Assembly: GCA_964564225.1 (NCBI GenBank)
Contig: CAZMAF010000001.1
Location: forward strand, 78,980 to 142,132
Source of the DNA: an uncultured Lachnospiraceae bacterium
GTDB taxonomy: Bacteria > Bacillota > Clostridia > Oscillospirales > CAG-272
Reading direction: 5' to 3'
Length of the DNA: 63,153 bases
In this document: one piece after another, positions 28,936 to 36,976 of the stretch
Layout: the number at the start of each line of letters is the position of its first letter
Position numbering within the stretch: the stretch's first letter is position 1
Program-made: the position numbers and the translations under genes
The notes under the pieces: generated by a model
Database searches by the model: none
What the model was told of the DNA's origin: nothing
Seen by the model: only the letters and a program-made list of their open reading frames with translations

Positions 28936-30273
28936 TTATTTTCCGTCTTTTCCGTAAAATTCTTCATAAATCGCACGAATCACGACAGTCATATCCTTCT
29001 CTGCGACACTGAGAATGATACTGAACTCACTCGAGCCTTGGTCGATGGTGCGAATATTCACACCGCTCTTTGCAACAGCAGTAAAAACGCGAGCAGCAGT
29101 TCCTACGCGGTTCACCATACCTCGTCCCACGACAGCGATAAGCGCAAGTCCCTCTTCAAGCTGAATGCTGTCAGGCTCTACCACGCGGCAGATCTGATTG
29201 ATTACCTGATCGCGCTTAGGCAAAAGCGCCTCGGTTGCCGCAATAACACCCACCGAGTCGATACCCGATGGCAAATGCTCAAATGAAATACCGTTATTTT
29301 CAAAAACGTGAAGCACGCGGCGGCCAAAGCCCACCTGCGCATTCATCATATCCTTTTCAATCGTAAGCACCGAAAATCCACATTTACCCGCAATACCGGT
29401 GATCTCACCGCATTCCGTTCCCTTTTCAGCGTGCGCCAGAATCATCGTGCCGGGATCTTCGGGACGGTTGGTATTACGGATATTGATCGGAATACCCGCC
29501 ATACGTACAGGGAAAATTGCATCCTCATGCAAAACGTTCGCACCGCGGTAGGAAAGCTCGCGAAGCTCGTGATACGTAATCACTCCGATCGTCTTAGGAT
29601 TTTTTACAATGCGAGGATCGGCAACAAGAAAGCCGGATACGTCTGTCCAGTTTTCGTAAAGATCAGCATCACACGCGCGCGCAACCACCGAACCGCTGAT
29701 GTCACTGCCGCCACGCGAGAAAGTCTGTACTGTCCCATCCTGACGCGCACCGTAAAAACCGGGAATAACTGCGTGCGTGTGCAGTTTCAATACAGTAGAC
29801 ATCACCTTCTGTGTCTTATAAACATCAAGAAATCCATCCTCATCAAAGAAAAGAACGTCCTTGGCATCAATAAAATCGTAGCCAAGCGCCTTTGCCAGAA
29901 CGATACCGTTCAGATACTCGCCGCGGCTCGCCACGTAATCACTATCACACCCCGATGCAATCGTTTCCTCAATCACACGAAATTCATCCGACAAATCAAG
30001 AGAAAGCGAAAGTCCGTCAATAATGTCCTGATAGCGCTTTTGAATAACGGTAAGAACTGTGCGGAAATCACCCTTCACCTTCGCTACATTATAACATTCG
30101 TACAGCTTATCGGTTATCTTAAAATCACCGTCAAAACGCTTGCCCGGTGCCGAAGGGACGACGTAACGGCGCGTTTCGTCCGCACGGATAATATCAATTA
30201 CTTTTTGGAACTGTGCAGCATCCGCAAGAGAACTGCCACCAAATTTCACTACCTTTACGTATTCGGTCTTCAC
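28936..30273 (-). CDS. lysC: Aspartate kinase
   Basis: 445 aa with a GTG start. VVKFGGSSLADA kinase motif and C-terminal ACT repeats. Confidence 0.85.
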   Translation of the reverse strand: MKTEYVKVVKFGGSSLADAAQFQKVIDIIRADETRRYVVPSAPGKRFDGDFKITDKLYECYNVAKVKGDFRTVLTVIQKRYQDIIDGLSLSLDLSDEFRVIEETIASGCDSDYVASRGEYLNGIVLAKALGYDFIDAKDVLFFDEDGFLDVYKTQKVMSTVLKLHTHAVIPGFYGARQDGTVQTFSRGGSDISGSVVARACDADLYENWTDVSGFLVADPRIVKNPKTIGVITYHELRELSYRGANVLHEDAIFPVRMAGIPINIRNTNRPEDPGTMILAHAEKGTECGEITGIAGKCGFSVLTIEKDMMNAQVGFGRRVLHVFENNGISFEHLPSGIDSVGVIAATEALLPKRDQVINQICRVVEPDSIQLEEGLALIAVVGRGMVNRVGTAARVFTAVAKSGVNIRTIDQGSSEFSIILSVAEKDMTVVIRAIYEEFYGKDGK

Positions 30274-30332
30274 AAATCTATACCTCTACTCTGTGTCATT
30301 CATATCTTCGGCAATTTTCGCCACAACAATAT

Positions 30333-30361
30333 ATTATATGAAATATTTTTCCATTTGTCAA
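30333..30361 (-). promoter_or_regulatory. Sigma-A promoter of lysC (TTGACA-17-TATAAT)
   Basis: On the minus strand, TTGACA lies at 30356-30361 and TATAAT at 30333-30338 with a 17-nt spacer. Confidence 0.6.
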
Positions 30362-30451
30362 GTCGCCGCTTCGACTTTTTTGAGAATTCGCCAAACCACG
30401 CCCTTATTTCCATTAAATCTCTCAAATTATTATTTTATTTTTCCAAATTAC

Positions 30452-30480
30452 TTGACAACGTATCTTAAATTTGCTATAAT
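30452..30480 (+). promoter_or_regulatory. Consensus sigma-A promoter of the tracrRNA
   Basis: TTGACA at 30452-30457, a 17-nt spacer, then TGcTATAAT with TATAAT at 30475-30480. Both hexamers are perfect and the TG extension is present. Confidence 0.8.
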
Positions 30481-30486
30481 AATCAC

Positions 30487-30576
30487 AGTCTTAAATCATA
30501 CCAAAGACTAATAGGTTGCTATGATAAGGTAGTAAACCGAAAAAGCTCTGACGACCCTCGCGGTCGTTATCTTTTT
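30487..30576 (+). ncRNA. tracrRNA: tracrRNA of the type II-C system
   Basis: The anti-repeat at 30490-30525 pairs with the 36-nt repeat through 30 Watson-Crick pairs, 3 G-U pairs and one 2x2 internal loop. It is followed by AAGG, the hairpin ACGACC-CTCGC-GGTCGT and TTTTT. GTTGCTATGATAAGG resembles the N. meningitidis tracrRNA GUUGCUACAAUAAGG as I recall it. The 5' end is predicted from the promoter. Confidence 0.8.
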
Positions 30577-30582
30577 ATACCA

Positions 30583-32191
30583 CTATTAGTTTTTGGTATG
30601 ATTTAACCGCTTGCCCCTTAATGAGGTGCGTGCAAACGTCGTAGCTCCCTATTAGTTTTTGGTATGATTTAACTTTTCGGCGCGTATCGTGCTCTCTTTG
30701 CATGTCGTAGCTCCCTATTAGTTTTTGGTATGATTTAACGGTGTTTTTTACGAGCATTTGCCGAAACCAGTCGTAGCTCCCTATTAGTTTTTGGTATGAT
30801 TTAACCATATTTTTTCGTAGATGTCGAATTCCCAAGTCGTAGCTCCCTATTAGTTTTTGGTATGATTTAACCGTCGTCGTTCCCGCAAACGCGTTTATGA
30901 TGTCGTAGCTCCCTATTAGTTTTTGGTATGATTTAACAAGCACGCTTGAACCGAAACGTATCACGATGTCGTAGCTCCCTATTAGTTTTTGGTATGATTT
31001 AACAAGCACGCTTGAACCGAAACGTATCACGATGTCGTAGCTCCCTATTAGTTTTTGGTATGATTTAACTAACTTCGGGATATTATGTTGTCACTCTATG
31101 TCGTAGCTCCCTATTAGTTTTTGGTATGATTTAACAGCTTTCTCACCGTCCCGTCATCCATGCGGGTCGTAGCTCCCTATTAGTTTTTGGTATGATTTAA
31201 CCAGGCGAAAAGGCGGTATTGATAAATGGATAGTCGTAGCTCCCTATTAGTTTTTGGTATGATTTAACGCATCAATCTGCTTTATGGCTCTGTTCGTAGT
31301 CGTAGCTCCCTATTAGTTTTTGGTATGATTTAACAGATAGCCCGAACGGTATGCACGCGATTCTGTCGTAGCTCCCTATTAGTTTTTGGTATGATTTAAC
31401 AGTACAAGCAGACAATGCAAGCGCGGCACAGTCGTAGCTCCCTATTAGTTTTTGGTATGATTTAACAAGAAAAGTTTAATGGACATATCATGAAAGGTCG
31501 TAGCTCCCTATTAGTTTTTGGTATGATTTAACACAACTACGAAAGAAACGACTAATAACAAAGTCGTAGCTCCCTATTAGTTTTTGGTATGATTTAACAT
31601 CCCGTTCTTTTTGTTGTCGGGTGTCCGAGTCGTAGCTCCCTATTAGTTTTTGGTATGATTTAACATCTGACTTGCCTATAAATTTCTTCGCGTGGTCGTA
31701 GCTCCCTATTAGTTTTTGGTATGATTTAACATAAAGGTGATAAACCCCTGTGGAGGTGGCGTCGTAGCTCCCTATTAGTTTTTGGTATGATTTAACAAAC
31801 GGCTCGCATTCAAGAGAAACAATCTTGTCGTAGCTCCCTATTAGTTTTTGGTATGATTTAACATGATGGTATGTCAACCGCCTTAAAGCGTAGTCGTAGC
31901 TCCCTATTAGTTTTTGGTATGATTTAACGCCACAGCCTCTGCATTGGTCTTTGTTGCCGTCGTAGCTCCCTATTAGTTTTTGGTATGATTTAACTTTTCA
32001 GCGACTTCCTTTTCCACGCCTAAAGTCGTAGCTCCCTATTAGTTTTTGGTATGATTTAACCTCCGCACACTCTGATAGCGAATACGTCTCGTCGTAGCTC
32101 CCTATTAGTTTTTGGTATGATTTAACACAGTAGCAGAGCTGTATGAGCGCCTGCGGTCGTAGCTCCCTATTAGTTTTTGGTATGATTTAAC
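30583..32191 (+). CRISPR. CRISPR array: 24 full 36-nt repeats plus one 5'-truncated repeat, and 24 spacers of 29-31 nt (23 unique)
   Basis: The repeat GTCGTAGCTCCCTATTAGTTTTTGGTATGATTTAAC starts at 30638, 30704, ... 32156, and all copies look identical by eye. A truncated copy (CTATTAGTTTTTGGTATGATTTAAC) lies at 30583-30607. The plus-strand orientation follows from similarity to the Neisseria type II-C repeat GTTGTAGCTCCC... and from tracrRNA pairing. Confidence 0.97.
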
Positions 32192-32200
32192 TGACAGGGC

Positions 32201-32237
32201 AAAAATCCCCGAAATCCATGTGATTTCGGGGATTTTT
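32201..32237. terminator. Bidirectional terminator between cas2 and the array
   Basis: AAAAATCCCCGAAATC-CATGT-GATTTCGGGGATTTTT. Confidence 0.8.
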
Positions 32238-32289
32238 CGTTTTAAAAAAACTGAAATTTCTGTAAAAACAAGTATAAAAAAGTTGTTTT

Positions 32290-32619
32290 TCAAAAAAGCG
32301 TAAGCTGAAGATCCTGCGGCTTTATCAATTCATCTTTTTGATACTGCCCGACCAATAAGCGAATCGCATCATATTGCTTTTCCGTAATCACCAAAAGACG
32401 CACCGATCCGTTTGGCGGCAAATTTCCTTTCAAACGAGCCTCATGCTTAGCAACGGCATCCATACCGTTACACAAACGCGCGTAAACGGAAAACTGCACC
32501 ATATAATATCCGTCTTTCAGCAAAAAATTACGGAATTTCGTAGCAGCGTGCCGCTCCGCTTTAGTTTTAACGGGAAGATCAAAAAACACCAACACTCTCA
32601 TAAACTTACTCGTATTCAT
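32290..32619 (-). CDS. cas2: CRISPR-associated endoribonuclease Cas2
   Basis: 109 aa. MRVLVFFDLPVKTKAERHAATKFRNFLLKDGYYMVQFSVYARLC is a typical Cas2 N-terminus. It overlaps the cas1 stop. Confidence 0.9.
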   Translation of the reverse strand: MNTSKFMRVLVFFDLPVKTKAERHAATKFRNFLLKDGYYMVQFSVYARLCNGMDAVAKHEARLKGNLPPNGSVRLLVITEKQYDAIRLLVGQYQKDELIKPQDLQLTLF

Positions 32620-33505
32620 GTCGTTTTAATTCAGCAAAAGTAGGTAACAAAAGCTTCTTTTCAGGATCATCATAAGCCGAAAGCAAACTATTTACAAGCC
32701 GTTCTGCCGCATAGGCCATCGTATGATGCTCCCCGCCCGACAGCATCTCATAATTCAAAATATTTTGCAATTCCCTCTTGGTCGAAATATCAAATTCATC
32801 AAAATTACAATTTTGAAAAACAAAAGCATCCACCAACGAACGAAACGGCTCAATCAGATCATCGGCAAGATTAAAAGGATTTAACTCACTACGGTGATGA
32901 ATGCCCAAACACGGCTCAAAGCCCCGCGAAGCGATCAACCGAGCCAAATAACCGCGCACGATCGCATAACCGTAATTCAACGCCGCGTTAATGGCAGACT
33001 CATCAGATCGCGTGAAATCCGCGCCAAACAAAAGCCGGAAATAAAGCGCCGCCGCTTTGGCTTCCACGTTTGTCTTATCTCCAGACTGTACCGATGAAAC
33101 AAGCCCCGAAAGCCTTTGTATAAACGATTCATCTACACCGCACACCGAAAGACACGCCGCCTGATTTTGAATTTTAGCAACAACAATACTCTTCCACATC
33201 TGTTTGAGCTGTGGCTGAGACGGCGATAACTGCAACAGTAACTGCTTTCTCTGTCGGGAATGTTGTCCAATCGGTTGAAGCAAAGCACAAGGCAAATGCT
33301 TATCGTCACAAATATACACACAAATACCGTGTATCGCAAACGCTGATAGCGCATAGGTGGAAATCTGCGACGAACGGCTTTCGAGAATCACCGTGCGAAT
33401 ATCCTCAAGCGGTACTCGTCCCTCGGCAGCGCCGGAAATAACCAACTGCTCATTTTTTACCGTGATCGAAACCGAAGACGAAATCACAATGTTGCGATAT
33501 CCCAT
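32606..33505 (-). CDS. cas1: CRISPR-associated endonuclease Cas1 (type II)
   Basis: 299 aa. Blocks ALNYGYAIVRG...GFEPCLGIHHRSELNPFNLADDLIEPFR carry the Cas1 metal-binding residues. Confidence 0.9.
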   Translation of the reverse strand: MGYRNIVISSSVSITVKNEQLVISGAAEGRVPLEDIRTVILESRSSQISTYALSAFAIHGICVYICDDKHLPCALLQPIGQHSRQRKQLLLQLSPSQPQLKQMWKSIVVAKIQNQAACLSVCGVDESFIQRLSGLVSSVQSGDKTNVEAKAAALYFRLLFGADFTRSDESAINAALNYGYAIVRGYLARLIASRGFEPCLGIHHRSELNPFNLADDLIEPFRSLVDAFVFQNCNFDEFDISTKRELQNILNYEMLSGGEHHTMAYAAERLVNSLLSAYDDPEKKLLLPTFAELKRHEYE

Positions 33506-33506
33506 T

Positions 33507-36500
33507 TTACGACCTCTTCTGCGTAAAAGGCTGTCTACGCTCTTTTCCTACCAATCGCACGTTACCAAGCACATCGACCTCGTATTTTTCAATTCTCAAT
33601 GTCGTTTTACCGATAGTGCGATGTGTATACGTTCCGTCGTGCGTTATTCCTCTGAGAACGGCAACCGAAATATCCAGTCCCTTATTATAGAGGAACACAC
33701 CGTCGCCCCCACTTAATGTCTTCGTCTTAGGCAGCGTACTGCCTGCTTTTTCTAGCTTTCCATCAAGTGAAAGTGAAAAATCTTTTTTAAAATACACCTT
33801 TATAAGATCATTGGGATATAATGAAAATTGAAAATCAGAATCTCTCATTTGTTTCCAGATTTTCTTATCATTCTTGTCTTTAGCCGCTGTCGGCGCCATA
33901 CTCGGCAATTCCGCCTTAACCGTATCATGAACGTAGATCGGCACAAAATAATAACCATCATCCTCAACGTAAAATACGTCAATACGGATCATATCGCCAT
34001 TCGCGGCAATACCCGTACCCCCATGCACGTCAACGAACGAAGAAATACGCTCTCGAATCTTGACCGAGGTCACAAGCGTACCCTCGCCGCCTTTCTTAGA
34101 GGGCTTATACACAGGCTTTGCAAAAGCCTGTGACGCATCCCCGTTATGCTCAATCAAGCGGTCTGCAAGAATAGCATACAATACGGGATCGGAATCGTTA
34201 TAATATCCCTCGATCTGTCCGCTTTTCCACTTCAATTTCGTCAAAGGAACCTTGGAAACAAGATATCCGTCATCCTTGAGCTTTCCACTGTAAACCGTTG
34301 CCTTATTAGCAGCTCCCTTGATCTTATGACGGCACATACGCGATACAAAAGGCGCCGTCACACTTTCTAAATCGACCTCTGCATAATTCGGAAAATTCTT
34401 ATCATTCAACTGCTTACGTACTGCCGCATCATCCTGACACAGACGAATCGTCAATTCATCAAGAAACCACGGCCACGGTCTTGGAAATTTAACAATAACG
34501 TCATTCGACTTCTCAATAACCTCACCCGTAATCGCATCCACAAGATACTCCTCCGCATATTGCGTTTCTTCATACCGAGCATGACGATTGATCTCGTTAA
34601 TCATACCTTGTGAAATACAACCAATAACAGTTGCATCAAGCGCATGATGCAAATCGCCGTCAGCACGCACCTTACGAACACCCCATCTTGCACGTACAAC
34701 CGCAGTAATCATACCGTTCACGGCATATACGTGACGCTTTTTACCGCTGCTGAACGGAGAAAATGCAAGATAGTCGTTAATATATCCATACAAAAACCGT
34801 GAAAGATACTGTGTATCTTGTAAATTACGCGCTTTCCATTCCGACTCATTCGAAATCTTTTCCTTCAAAAGCAAAGCTTTTTTATTTGCTTTTAACCGAC
34901 TTGTTTTAACCCAGACTATGAAATCATCACGCTTTTGACCGGTCAGATATTGAAGCGGTAAACGGTTTGACTTATTACGATTTTCCGCCGTTCTGACCAA
35001 AACCTTATTCACCATTCTATCGTCAAAACATTGGCTATACGGAACGATATGATCAACTTCAACCAATCGGTGATCCATAAGCTCCTCAAAGGATATATTT
35101 GTCAAAGAATACGCGCAAACCTTACCCTGTTCATTCCAAAGCTTATACTTAACAAGATCAAATCCGGTGGGCTGTTTTACACCAAGCCCACGAAGTTCAT
35201 CCATCATCCGCTCATTTTGTGCCGCATTTTCCTTCTGCAATTTTTCAATCTTATTGCGTTCCTCAAAGGTCTTGGAAAGCTCCCTTGCAAGCTCGATATT
35301 CAGATATACAGGACTTTCCTCACCCATAAAACGAATAATCGCATTCAAGACTTTGATCGTCTGCGACACCGCACGCTTAACAACAGGGTTCGTAATCGCT
35401 GTACTCGTAGCATCAAGCCCGGGAAGGTATTTAAACTTTTCCGTGTTTTCCGCCTTAAAAGCATACCCTGCCGCCTCGCAAGCCTTATCATAAGTAAGTC
35501 CTTTTTCAAGATGAGGAATAATTTTCCGAAGCGCCTTCAAGGATAAATGTCCGTTTTTCGCCTTATTATCGAGAGTCAGCACACGATCGATAATTTCCTG
35601 CGAAAAATCCGCTTTAAGAAGCTGCTTGGTAATTTCTTCATCCGAATAATTCTTCGAAAACACCATACCGATCACGTCAAGTTGCTCGTGAGAAACGAAT
35701 ACAAATAGATCATCCCCAAGCGCAGCCTTCACTTTGTGATAAAATTCAAGATCGTTAAGCTTTGACTTGTCCTCTGCCTTTTTAACGTCCTCACCCTTCA
35801 CATACGTAATACCTCTAAAAAGCGCATCGTCGCTCAACTGCAAAAGCTTTCTGATTTGTAAATAACTCAACGTTTTCTTTTTATGACATTCATCAACGAT
35901 CAAACGGCGCTCTTCATCCGCCAATGAACGCACGTCCCCGTTTTCGATAATACGAATATGATTAACATGCTGCCACAAATTGAAAATCTGAAATGAATAC
36001 GTCGCCTTCGCCGCGCGAGGCTCGTCCTTTTCAAAGGTACAATTCCCGCGCATTCTGTCTACCTGATTGCCAGCGTACGGACCGCAAGCGGGTCCGTCTG
36101 CAAACGAACGCTGTCTTAATAAAATCTCACAGTATAACGCCTCGTTTTCTTCAGTAGCAAACAAATGTCCGTATTCCCGCTGCTTACCGAAAATCAAATG
36201 CACCTCATCTTCAATCGAAGCACGGTCGACCGTACAGTCAAACTGCCCCGCCCGATTTCGCCTCTGCTCCAAATGATAAAACATCTCGCCAACCGTGCGA
36301 TAACCTTTTTTGGCACAAAGCTCACGGTTTTTGGCAACCGCGCTCAACATTTGCGAGCCTTCAGTATCTTTTTTATCCTCTGCCTTACGATTGGATTTAA
36401 AACCTCTTCTTTGCGCTAAATGAATCAATACACGCGCAAATTCTTCATCTGTCAGACGCTCATCAAGCGCCTTCACACGAAGCCCGTACACGTCGGAAAG

Positions 36501-36791
36501 TTCCTTTCCGTCATATAAAGTATCAAGCGCATCTTGAGTTAAAAGCCCGGAAGAACAAATCAAATTACGAATACGCTCTTTTCTGTGTCTTCTGCGGCGA
36601 ACCGTTCTTCTGGCACAACGGAAAACTCTGCGCTCTTCTGCAAGTGGATCTCCCGTTTTCGGCAACTCTGCCTTTTCAAAAATACGGGAACCAAGCTTGA
36701 TAATACGACAAGGATTATCATTTCCGTCAAGCTCCAATACCGAATATCCAACCGATGCAATTCCAACGTCCAGACCGATAGCATATTTCAT
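33507..36791 (-). CDS. cas9: Cas9 endonuclease, compact type II-C-size ortholog (1094 aa)
   Basis: RuvC-I KYAIGLDVGIASVGYSVL (D8). Arg-rich bridge helix RRVFRCARRTVRRRRHRKERIRNL. RuvC-II NIELARE. HNH VEVDHIVPYSQCFDDRMVNKVLVRTAENRNKSNRLP. RuvC-III DLHHALDATVIG. No csn2 or cas4 is present in the locus. Confidence 0.95.
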   Translation of the reverse strand: MKYAIGLDVGIASVGYSVLELDGNDNPCRIIKLGSRIFEKAELPKTGDPLAEERRVFRCARRTVRRRRHRKERIRNLICSSGLLTQDALDTLYDGKELSDVYGLRVKALDERLTDEEFARVLIHLAQRRGFKSNRKAEDKKDTEGSQMLSAVAKNRELCAKKGYRTVGEMFYHLEQRRNRAGQFDCTVDRASIEDEVHLIFGKQREYGHLFATEENEALYCEILLRQRSFADGPACGPYAGNQVDRMRGNCTFEKDEPRAAKATYSFQIFNLWQHVNHIRIIENGDVRSLADEERRLIVDECHKKKTLSYLQIRKLLQLSDDALFRGITYVKGEDVKKAEDKSKLNDLEFYHKVKAALGDDLFVFVSHEQLDVIGMVFSKNYSDEEITKQLLKADFSQEIIDRVLTLDNKAKNGHLSLKALRKIIPHLEKGLTYDKACEAAGYAFKAENTEKFKYLPGLDATSTAITNPVVKRAVSQTIKVLNAIIRFMGEESPVYLNIELARELSKTFEERNKIEKLQKENAAQNERMMDELRGLGVKQPTGFDLVKYKLWNEQGKVCAYSLTNISFEELMDHRLVEVDHIVPYSQCFDDRMVNKVLVRTAENRNKSNRLPLQYLTGQKRDDFIVWVKTSRLKANKKALLLKEKISNESEWKARNLQDTQYLSRFLYGYINDYLAFSPFSSGKKRHVYAVNGMITAVVRARWGVRKVRADGDLHHALDATVIGCISQGMINEINRHARYEETQYAEEYLVDAITGEVIEKSNDVIVKFPRPWPWFLDELTIRLCQDDAAVRKQLNDKNFPNYAEVDLESVTAPFVSRMCRHKIKGAANKATVYSGKLKDDGYLVSKVPLTKLKWKSGQIEGYYNDSDPVLYAILADRLIEHNGDASQAFAKPVYKPSKKGGEGTLVTSVKIRERISSFVDVHGGTGIAANGDMIRIDVFYVEDDGYYFVPIYVHDTVKAELPSMAPTAAKDKNDKKIWKQMRDSDFQFSLYPNDLIKVYFKKDFSLSLDGKLEKAGSTLPKTKTLSGGDGVFLYNKGLDISVAVLRGITHDGTYTHRTIGKTTLRIEKYEVDVLGNVRLVGKERRQPFTQKRS

Positions 36792-36827
36792 ATTTTAACA
36801 ACCTCCAAATCAATTGGTATCTATTGT

Positions 36828-36856
36828 ATTTTAACAAATATTAACGCATAAATCAA
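36828..36856 (-). promoter_or_regulatory. Candidate promoter of the cas9-cas1-cas2 operon
   Basis: On the minus strand, TTGATT lies at 36851-36856, followed by a 17-nt spacer and TGtTAAAAT with TAAAAT at 36828-36833. GGAGG RBS before the cas9 ATG. Confidence 0.55.
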
Positions 36857-36916
36857 TATATTTTTTTCTTTTTATGAATAAAAAAGAAAAAATTTTACCT
36901 CTTATCTAAATTTATA

Positions 36917-36945
36917 TTGCATTTTCAATCCGGGTATGCTATAAT
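36917..36945 (+). promoter_or_regulatory. Candidate promoter of mgtE
   Basis: TTGCAT, a 17-nt spacer, then TGcTATAAT. Confidence 0.55.
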
Positions 36946-36976
36946 AATTTCATTCTAAAAAATCGGAGGTGACGAT

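Noticed and set aside
30274-30451. Possible lysine riboswitch (L-box) upstream of lysC
   Set aside because: A consensus promoter sits about 60 nt from the GTG start, leaving no room for a ~180-nt L-box. No conserved L-box sequence is seen.
29308-30468. 386-aa plus-strand ORF
   Set aside because: It is fully antisense to aspartate kinase, with an Arg/Ile/Asn-rich composition and no motif. It is a shadow ORF. The same reasoning applies to 60138-61112 (antisense to metK), 4387-5289 (htpG), 12994-13767 (korG), 42022-42813 (SPFH gene), 46965-47744 (Fe-ADH), 50983-51747 (aminopeptidase), 44492-45073 (AAA+) and the many 60-170-aa antisense ORFs in the track.
30608-32155. Self-targeting spacers against this window (for example the group II intron or the TIR gene)
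   Set aside because: No spacer matched anything I could see elsewhere in the window by eye. This is not exhaustive and needs a computational search of the whole genome.
32238-32289. Possible tracrRNA or anti-repeat between cas2 and the array, or upstream of or inside cas9
   Set aside because: No sequence complementary to the repeat is visible there. The only anti-repeat found is at 30490-30525.
30575-32293. Track ORFs 30575-31030, 31488-31877 and 32105-32293 (minus strand) with the recurring peptide VKSYQKLIGSYD
   Set aside because: They are simply translations of the 36-nt CRISPR repeat, read in frame because the 66-nt period is a multiple of 3. They are not genes.
36792-36976. Possible M-box (Mg2+) riboswitch in front of mgtE
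   Set aside because: The leader is only about 30 nt from the predicted -10 box to the ATG. The 185-bp intergenic region is AT-rich with none of the conserved GC-rich M-box helices.
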